Below are positions 56,140 to 64,000 of a stretch of DNA of 64,000 nt, one piece after another. This DNA is from Catajapyx aquilonaris (Eukaryota), in NCBI GenBank assembly GCA_000934665.2, contig KZ537970.1, forward strand, positions 124,001 to 188,000, in the 5' to 3' direction. Position 1 is the first letter of the stretch, and each line of letters starts with the position of its first letter. Under the pieces are notes generated by a model. That model searched no databases, was not told the origin of the DNA, and saw only the letters and a list, made by a program, of their open reading frames with translations. Made by a program: the position numbers and the translations under genes.

Positions 56140-56355
56140 GGAGATCACATTTTAAATTCCATGACTTTAATCATTCATTGAGCTTGATGGATTTTGACAG
56201 TGGGAGAAAATGGGAGAACCCCCAGAAAATCTACATGAACATGGAGAGAACCCATTGTAACTCTTTTCAAGTGATAAATTCTGCCACTGAGGGATTGAAC
56301 TCAGGTCTTCTGAGATGGAAAGCTGCGGCGCTAAATCACTAAGCTCTGTAGCTCC
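56140..56355 (-). mobile_element. tRNA-derived SINE with a V-SINE-like central domain, antisense to the SLC33A1 3' region
   Basis: The minus strand begins GGAGCTACAGAGCTTAGTGATTTAGCGCCGCAGCTTTCC...CCTGAGTTCAATCCCTC (degenerate Pol III A and B boxes). The plus-strand stretch TGGGAGAAAATGGGAGAACCCCCAGAAAATCTACATGAACATGGAGAGAAC resembles the V-SINE core as I recall it (TGGGAGGAAACCGGAGTACCCGGAGGAAACCCACGCAGACACGGGGAGAAC). The 3' boundary is approximate. Confidence 0.7.
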
Positions 56356-57309
56356 AATGACTTCACTTAAAACTAGTTACTTCTCTACTCCAATGCTCAC
56401 ATATAGTTGAGTACCATATGTCAAGATTATTAAGTGGGTCACTCAATCCTTGCATTGAATCAGAGCTATGCCTGGAATTTCGGTGATCTCATAGCAGCTT
56501 TTGACCAAGTCCATAGTCATCTTTTTGTCCATAATAGTACAATAATGCAATATAAGGCCAGTTTGCGCACTGGAGTTGTATCTTCCACTATAGGTTTTCA
56601 TTATTGTTAATTGTCACGAACAATGAAAAATTAATAACAAGTTATACTTGTGGTCATAAGTTTACCTTCAGTGGTGCAACTTGCCCTAAGTGACTCTCTG
56701 CAAAGATACTTTGGGTGTAGATTTTTAAAATCATTGAGTGTGTGTCACATGAAAGAAGAAACAGTGTTTGTGGAATAGCTGTGTGAAGCAAAAGTATTTT
56801 TTACAGGCATGTTATATTTGTTTGTTAGGCCTGTATAGTTTGTGCAAAGGATGTGTGATTGTGAAATGTTGACCCAATTAGTCACTCATGCAAAAGTCCC
56901 ATGAGTGCATAATATTTGCAGTGTCCTGTACTAGAGATTTTGCGTATTTATGTAGAAAATATTTTAAATGGCACTTATTTTTCCTAGAGGTTTTTCACAG
57001 GTATTTATGATTCATAACCACCTCCTGGTGCTCTTTACAGTTTTCTAAGAACTTGTTACATATGATGAGAGTTTAATTTTTATATTTAAAAGTTTTAAAG
57101 GTTTTAGAGGTGTGTGCATCATAATGACTACATAATAGGGTAGGTTTGTACTTGTACTGATGTGTGTTATTTATAAAAATGTGAAGTGTTGTGCATTTGA
57201 GGAAAAGGAATTAAGTCATTCTGCATAATAAGTCAAGCCACAGGCGAACAAGCATAATATAAGCACACAATAAATTATTATTAACACCATGAAATTCCAT
57301 ATTTATGTA

Positions 57310-57407
57310 CAGGGTGACTCGAAAGTCTGGGCACACAGGTAATTGGGGATACCAATTGTCAACCAACAATACAATAACTTATGTGTCCAAACTTTAGGGT
57401 CACTCTG
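57310..57407. mobile_element. 98-bp Tc1/mariner-type mini-MITE between the convergent 3' ends
   Basis: TA-CAGGGTGACTCGAAAGTCTGGGCACAC ... ATGTGTCCAAACTTTAGGGTCACTCTG-TA: 27-bp imperfect TIRs (21/27) with TA on both sides. Confidence 0.75.
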
Positions 57408-57833
57408 TACAATGAAACAATGACTTCATCCTTGTTTCCCAAATACTGTGGAAGCAGGTACTGAATTTATGTATTATGGTTTATACCTCTCAAAGTAGTG
57501 GACCAACAAATAATAAAATCTCATTACTGCGTAATTATTTTTCATGCATAATTGCAGAAGTCACTCTAGAGAGTTGTGAGTGTAACAATGTGCAACTATA
57601 CATATTCACTGGCTTAAGAAGTTGAATATTCAAGTAATCAATTTATGTCTCAATAACTCGCTTGAACTAATGTGATCTCTCTTAACCTTGATATGTATTC
57701 CACCTCGCCCTTGTTTGTCAAGCATTTACAAGTGAGAAGAGAAAGTGTGCTACTAAGATCTGAAATAAATGCATAATACGATATACTTGACAGTGATTTT
57801 TTTTTTCTACAAGAGCAGGGACTACAAGAAGAT

Positions 57834-60800
57834 TTAATGTGTCAGCTGTTGCCGTTTTGTGAGACGATAATACATCCCACGCTTGTTAACCAGCTCCTGG
57901 TGTGTCCCCATCTCGGTAATCTGGCCTTTCTCGACCACTGCTATGCAGTCTGCATTGCGAATAGTAGTCAGGCGATGGGCAATAATGATTGTTGTACGTC
58001 CCTTCATAGCTTGATCCAGTGCTTCTTGCACAATCTGAAAACAACTACAGAGTAAGTCATGGCTTGGCATTACTGCAGTGTAAAGATTAAGTTTGAGGTA
58101 TGCCTCCAATGGCAGTAGTATGGACAACAGTAGAATCAACCAATAAAATAAATTATAATAATGAGGGCATTGGGTTTCCAGTCATAAAAATAAGGATGCA
58201 AAATGCCTTGCTAGCAGTGAACAAAAATATTTAACCCATGCCTCTGTTATCCAACTTGCAAATGTGGTAATTAAATCATTTAGATCAAACACAGCTAAAT
58301 TGTGCTGACCTTCTCATTCTCCGTATCAAGTGCTGAAGTAGCCTCATCCAGCAGTAATATTTTGGGATCACGTATCAGGGCCCTGGCAATTGCAATCCGC
58401 TGCTTCTGACCACCAGACAATTGCGTCCCACGCTCACCAACCATGGTGTCATATCCTTTTGGTAGGCCACAAATGAAATCATGAATGTTGGCTACTTTGG
58501 CTGCCTTTGTGATGTCCTCGTCCACCACATCATCGTACTCTCCATAAGCAATGTTGTCCCGAATGGAACAATCAAACAAGACTGGTTCTTGGGTCACTAA
58601 GCCTATCTGACTCCTTAGATAGGGGAGACTCATTCGGCGTATGTCATAATCATCAACCATCTGTACAACACAGAGAGGCCCTGAATTAGTTTCCATTAGG
58701 ATGGAAGGACCTGCTATTGATAGTAAATTAAGAGAAAGATGGAGTGTTTAGCTCTCATGTAAGAGAATGATACAGACCACTATTCCTCTCTTGGGATCAT
58801 AAAACCGTTCCAAGAGAGCGATGGCAGTACTCTTGCCACAGCCTGATGGCCCCACCAGGGCGAAACTCCGGCCAGGCTCCAAGGTAAATGACAAACCACG
58901 GAGTATCCGTATGTTGGGTCTCATTGGATATCTGAAGTGCACATCCTGGAAGGTGACCTTACCTCGGATTATCTGAAAAATGTTTGGTTTTATATCCTGC
59001 GAGTGTCCAAAATCGACAGTATTTTTACTTACTGGTTTCTCTCCTTCAGTGCTAAGGTTATCAATTTCAGGGTCCATTTCCATCAATTTAAACATAAGAC
59101 CAGCTGCCATTTTCGCCTTCATGTAATCGGGCAGGAAACCCATAGTCTGACCCACAGCTACAGCACAGAACGATATGGCAAAGAAGACACGGTACACAGA
59201 CACAGGGTCAGTGTCATGAATGTCAACCAAATACCCTCCATATTTGTAGGCAGCAGCATACAGAAATAGCATGATGCCTTCAGAGAAGGCAAACACTACC
59301 CCATAAACATAAGCTTGTTTTTGTGCCTCCCTGAAACATAAAATGCAAGAACACATATTAATTTGTCAGCTGGTTATCATAACGTTCCATACTTGAAAGC
59401 TGGCTGCAAGTTGCTCATGTAATTCTTGTAGAAAGTCTTCTCTTGGACGAGAGCTTGAACTGTGCGCACATTTGCAAGGCATTCAGAAGCAATCTGAAAT
59501 ACAATAATAGTAGTTTAGTAATAATCAAAGTATTGGTAATCTCTGATTATTATTATGATGGTGTATGTGACCCTTGGAACTTAATTGAGACTAACCCTTC
59601 CTGCTTCTTCCATTAACTCATCATCAATGGCTTGTCCACCTCGTTTCATCCTAAGTTCAATAAACCCAGAAGCAACAAGAAGTGGAAATCCAGCCACAAT
59701 CACCAGAGCTAGTTTCCAGCTGTATGCGAAGGCGATGCCAAGAGCAGCTGCCAGAGTGACTATGGCACTCATCAGCAGTCCCACTCGATGTCCAGCAGCC
59801 TGTTGAAAATGCCATTCTGGGAGTTCTGTTACTGTTTAACTTGTAGTCAACTGACCTGTTTGACAATAGGAGCATCACGAGCCAGTCGGGTTGTAATGCG
59901 CCCTCCAGCATTTTCTTCATCATCAAACCAACCAACAGACTGACGAAGTATGTTTGTGAATCCCAGCACTCTGAGTCGCATGGTTAGTTTCTCTCCAGAC
60001 AATGCCAAACCAACAATCTGTCAAGGTATTCAGTCATATTGAAAACACTTGAATGCATTGTACTGTGCAGTACATTTCCCTGGACACCTACCCTAGCATA
60101 CATGGATACTCCTGTAGCAATGGCCAAAACGACGAACATGCATGACCAAAACACTGCTGCAGTTTGAAGGTCTGCACCTGTTCTAGTGAATGTCTGAAAA
60201 GAATGTTACAATATGCATAAGGAACTAAACTTATGTATGTTATTAATAATCTGGAAAATCAGTCCTTGAATACCAGATGATATGCGAACTCTTTGACATT
60301 ATCTGTATTTAACAGGTTAAACATAGGTTAAGTAGGCTAATGCATGACTGGAGAAGTGGCTGACCTTAAATATTTCGCTGTAGAAAAATGCAAACACTGG
60401 CATGGAAGCCCCACTGACAGCTGCTCCTAACGTCCCAAAGGTCAGGAGTGGCCACTCTGGAGCATTCATCTTGATTATTTTCCACACACTTGGTTCTTCA
60501 ACTTCTTCCTACCAATGTATAGAAGCATGTCAGTAAAGTGTTTGGCATAATTCATTATAAATAATTTCCCACATCTTCAAATTCCTCTGCAATTCGTTGA
60601 GTGTCTCTATCAGAAATGCTGGTTATAGACATGGAGCGGCGGATTAAGGTAGAAGATCGCCGAAGGGAGGACATTCTTCGAGAAGATTTACGCCTGCCAG
60701 ACATTTTAGACATCTTTCTGTTATTATCTTCCATCCGATCCCTACGAGAGCAATTGATTGCATTCAGTATCCCAAGTTGATAATACATGTTGTACACTTT

Positions 60801-63542
60801 GTAAGTACATACACATTCTCATGAATTTCTTCTGCCTGGAGCACAGTTCCCATCTGCGCTTGTACAAGTTCAAAGTACAGTCCTTCCAGACTCATCAGCT
60901 CTGAATGTGTCCCTTGCTCCACTATCTCACCTGCCTAATAATGATTAAATCGCTCACTTTTCATGCCCAGCTCAAGTCACATATACTTACCTTGACCACA
61001 CAAATAACATCTGCATCCTTGATAGTACTCAATCTGTGGGCAATGACTATGGTTGTTCTTCCCTGCCGTGCTTTATTCAGTGCTGCTTGCACTATTCCCT
61101 CACTTTGAGCATCCAGAGCAGATGTGGCTTCGTCCAAGAGGAGGATTCGAGGATTCCTTACCAATGCCCTAGCAATTGCTATCCTTTGCTTCTGTCCTCC
61201 AGAAAGCTGTGCTCCACGTTCACCAACCAGTGTGTCATACCCCTGCAAGGTACATGTGCACGCTGTTAATGCCTGTCCATGATCACATTCTAGAGGATTC
61301 AGTTACCATGGGAAGAGCAGTAATGAAGCTGTGGGCATTAGCCATCCTGGAAGCCTGCACCATCTCTTCGAAAGTGACATCTTGACGACCATACCGGATA
61401 TTTTCAGCAATAGAGCATCCAAATAAAATCGGTTCTTGAGACACAACACCAATGTGATGACGCAGAGAAGACACATTCAGATCTCGAACGTTCCTTCCAT
61501 CTATCAGAACATCTCCACGATTTGGGTCATAGTACCTCAAAAGCAGGCTGACCACAGTGCTCTTGCCAGAACCAGAGGGTCCTACCAATGCAACTGTTTG
61601 ACCAGGTTCCGCTTCTAGAGAGAAGTTGCGTAAAATCTGCAATGAACCAGTATGCATTAATTTACATCTTGTTGTGGAGGAGCATTGACTTGTGCTTACC
61701 TTGATGTTCTTTCTGGAAGGGTAGCTGAAGGAGACCTGCCTAAACTGAATGGACCCTTGGACACTCTCTAGTTGCAGTCCTCGGGGACTGTATGGGTCAA
61801 TTGATGGTACCGAGTCAATCACACTGAAGATTGTCCTGGCTGCTCCTTGGGCAACGCCAATCGATGACACATAAGGAACAGCATTTCCCAAGGAAAAGGC
61901 ACCCATCAACACACTGAAGAATACCTGTCCAGAGAGTAAGTGATTAATATTCAGTTGTAGTTACGGCATGTATTAGCCTACAGAGAGTGTACGTTAATAT
62001 GCAAACTATTCATTTATCATTCTTTTGAATGAAGGCAATAACTATTCCTATTGAATGGTATTTCCAGCCACTTTTAAAGCTGTTAGATTTGAACAGTATG
62101 GTACCGTGAAAAGGTCTCCGACGGACAGCTGATGATCTATGTACAGTTTTGCACCATACCAGAATGCCAGCGCATATGTGCCATACATCACAAGAAACAC
62201 AATGGCACAGCCAATACCAATTACTTGGTACTTTCCTTTGGCAGTTTTGCTACCATCCTCCAAGGCTTTTTCATACCTGAAAGTGATTTTTTGGTAGCTA
62301 ATTATTCCTAAAAGGGGAATAATATTTATTATGCTGTTGTAGTTACCTCCTGATTTCTCTAGGTTGGCCTCCGAAAGCAGCAACTGTCCTGATACATGCT
62401 ATAACTTCATTTGCAATAGCACCTGCAAGTCCATACTTTTCTTGCTCTCGAGCTGAAGATGATGCCATCACCTACAGAAACATGGTTATTATACCAATGT
62501 GTATTGCTTTCATGATGTCATTCTGCATTACCCTTCCGGTAAAAGCTGATGTCCCAGCAAGGACAGGTGTTAGAGCCATGATGATGAGAGTCAGTTTCCA
62601 GCTTTTGGAAAAGCCCACAACGAAACCTGCTAAGAAGGTGGCCAAATACTGCATCACCATGCTGAACTTGTGACCAATGCCTTCCTTCACCCTTTCTACG
62701 TCACTGAAAATATATTGTCAAAGTCTTGTCATGACCACCTCATTTCACATGGCATTATGAGTACATAAGGATAATTACTCTTGTAGCTTGGTGGTGAGGT
62801 CGCCTGTTTGCTGATCATCATACCACGATATTTCCTGTCGCAACACTTGATAGAAAAACTTCTGTCGGATGTGAAAAACTTGTCTTTCACATGATATTTC
62901 CCAACATAAAACCTGTGTGAGCAAGAATTTGCAGTAAATGGGACAGTTCAAGTCAGTTTTTAGACAACAATAATGTTATAATATCATTATGCGATATTAG
63001 TTAAATTACACCAGATATTTCGATTCTACCAATTGTAAAGTATACTTACTTGCATGATTGACATTGTGAAAACACCAATTCCAATATACACATATTCAAG
63101 TGCAAATGAAGTCATCATGGCCGAAAACTCATCAGAAGGTATGCAGTTACTATTTTGAGTTACAGAACTAGATGTTGTGCTCCAAGAGTCATTGGTAACT
63201 GTCCCGTTCACTTCAGACGGTGATGGATTGCAGTCCTATGGAATTCAGTGCAAAAAAATAGTGTTTTCTCAAGGAGATTAAAAAGGAATCATGTGTCTTA
63301 CATTTTGCCCCTGCTTAGTTTTGATGACAAATGCATCTGTCATCTTTCCAAAGACAATTCCCAAGATTGGCATAGCAGCTCCATGTATAAAGGCAAATAT
63401 GGAGCCGGCCACCAGAAGCATCACATCTATATAATCAGCATATCTAAACTGGAAACAAATTTATGGAAATTTAAAAATCAGCAGTGAACATAAATCAACC
63501 AGGTTAAAGAGTTACCAAAAACACAGAACGAGGTTTCTTCAT
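57834..63542 (-). CDS. ABCB1: Full-length ABC transporter subfamily B (P-glycoprotein/MDR1-like), TMD-NBD-TMD-NBD, 21 exons, about 1272 aa
   Basis: Minus-strand exons with GT-AG boundaries and matching phases: 63542-63516 (MKKPRSVFL, tentative start), 63448-63302, 63235-63050, 62912-62779, 62703-62532, 62471-62347, 62276-62105, 61924-61700, 61636-61307, 61242-60991, 60934-60813, 60741-60573, 60508-60365, 60193-60092, 60017-59856, 59799-59596, 59493-59393, 59330-59033, 58972-58778, 58660-58310, 58034-57834 (3819 nt). Two NBDs with Walker A ([16 protein letters not shown]), Q-loop (SQEP, TQEP), signature [15 protein letters not shown], Walker B/D-loop [11 protein letters not shown] and H-loop IAHRL; N-terminal FRYAD. 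Orthology within ABCB full transporters is unresolved, so the symbol is family-level. Confidence 0.94.
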
Positions 63543-64000
63543 GGTGTCAGTGTTATGCTAGCACAGAGCACGTAGAAATGTTCTTTCCGTCTGTGCCTGG
63601 CAATGGTACCTGACAGGAATGGATCTCTTCGTGACTTATGCCTCTGTGTTTTAGGCACTAACATGTTATATCACTGACAACACAAAGGCTACTAGATGAA
63701 TCTCTGTCGTGATTCATTGCCACACATGCTGTACAAGGAGAGGGACCAAATTGCTGGAAATCACACCAATGCAATGTATCAGTATTACATCATGGATCAT
63801 TATTTTCTTTTTAAACCCTGTATTACAATCATATTTACTTTTGAATCATAACATACAGTACAAATCATAATTGCTATACCAATGTGTTGCAGCCACAATG
63901 TTACTTATTGATATGAATAATGATTTTGAAAATACCATCACCAACATCCTTGCATCTGAATTTTCATCCGCTATCCTTATTATGAAGTAGGTTATTAGAT

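Noticed and set aside
56290..56355. tRNA gene
   Set aside because: The A and B boxes are degenerate, I could not form a proper cloverleaf, and it is joined to a SINE core, so it is a SINE head.

Overview
Eukaryotic (animal, invertebrate-like) genomic DNA of roughly 40-43% GC with GT-AG spliceosomal introns. No CRISPR array, rRNA, intact tRNA or prokaryotic operon is present. The right-hand 12 kb holds two convergent, fully reconstructable genes: a 6-coding-exon acetyl-CoA transporter SLC33A1/AT-1 (+ strand, 52394-55934, 518 aa) and a 21-exon full-length ABCB/P-glycoprotein transporter (- strand, 63542-57834, about 1272 aa; first exon tentative). The left ~51 kb has no recognisable protein-coding exon. 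It is CpG-rich with GC-rich islands and TF-motif clusters and looks like the cis-regulatory landscape of a gene outside the window. Mobile DNA includes two fold-back Tc1/mariner derivatives built from duplicated transposase 3' ends (one a branched hairpin inside an SLC33A1 intron), several small MITEs, a tRNA-headed SINE with a V-domain-like core, and a marked excess of TA-NNN(N)-TA words resembling transposon excision footprints. I found no convincing novel protein-coding system; the most unusual structures are transposon-derived.
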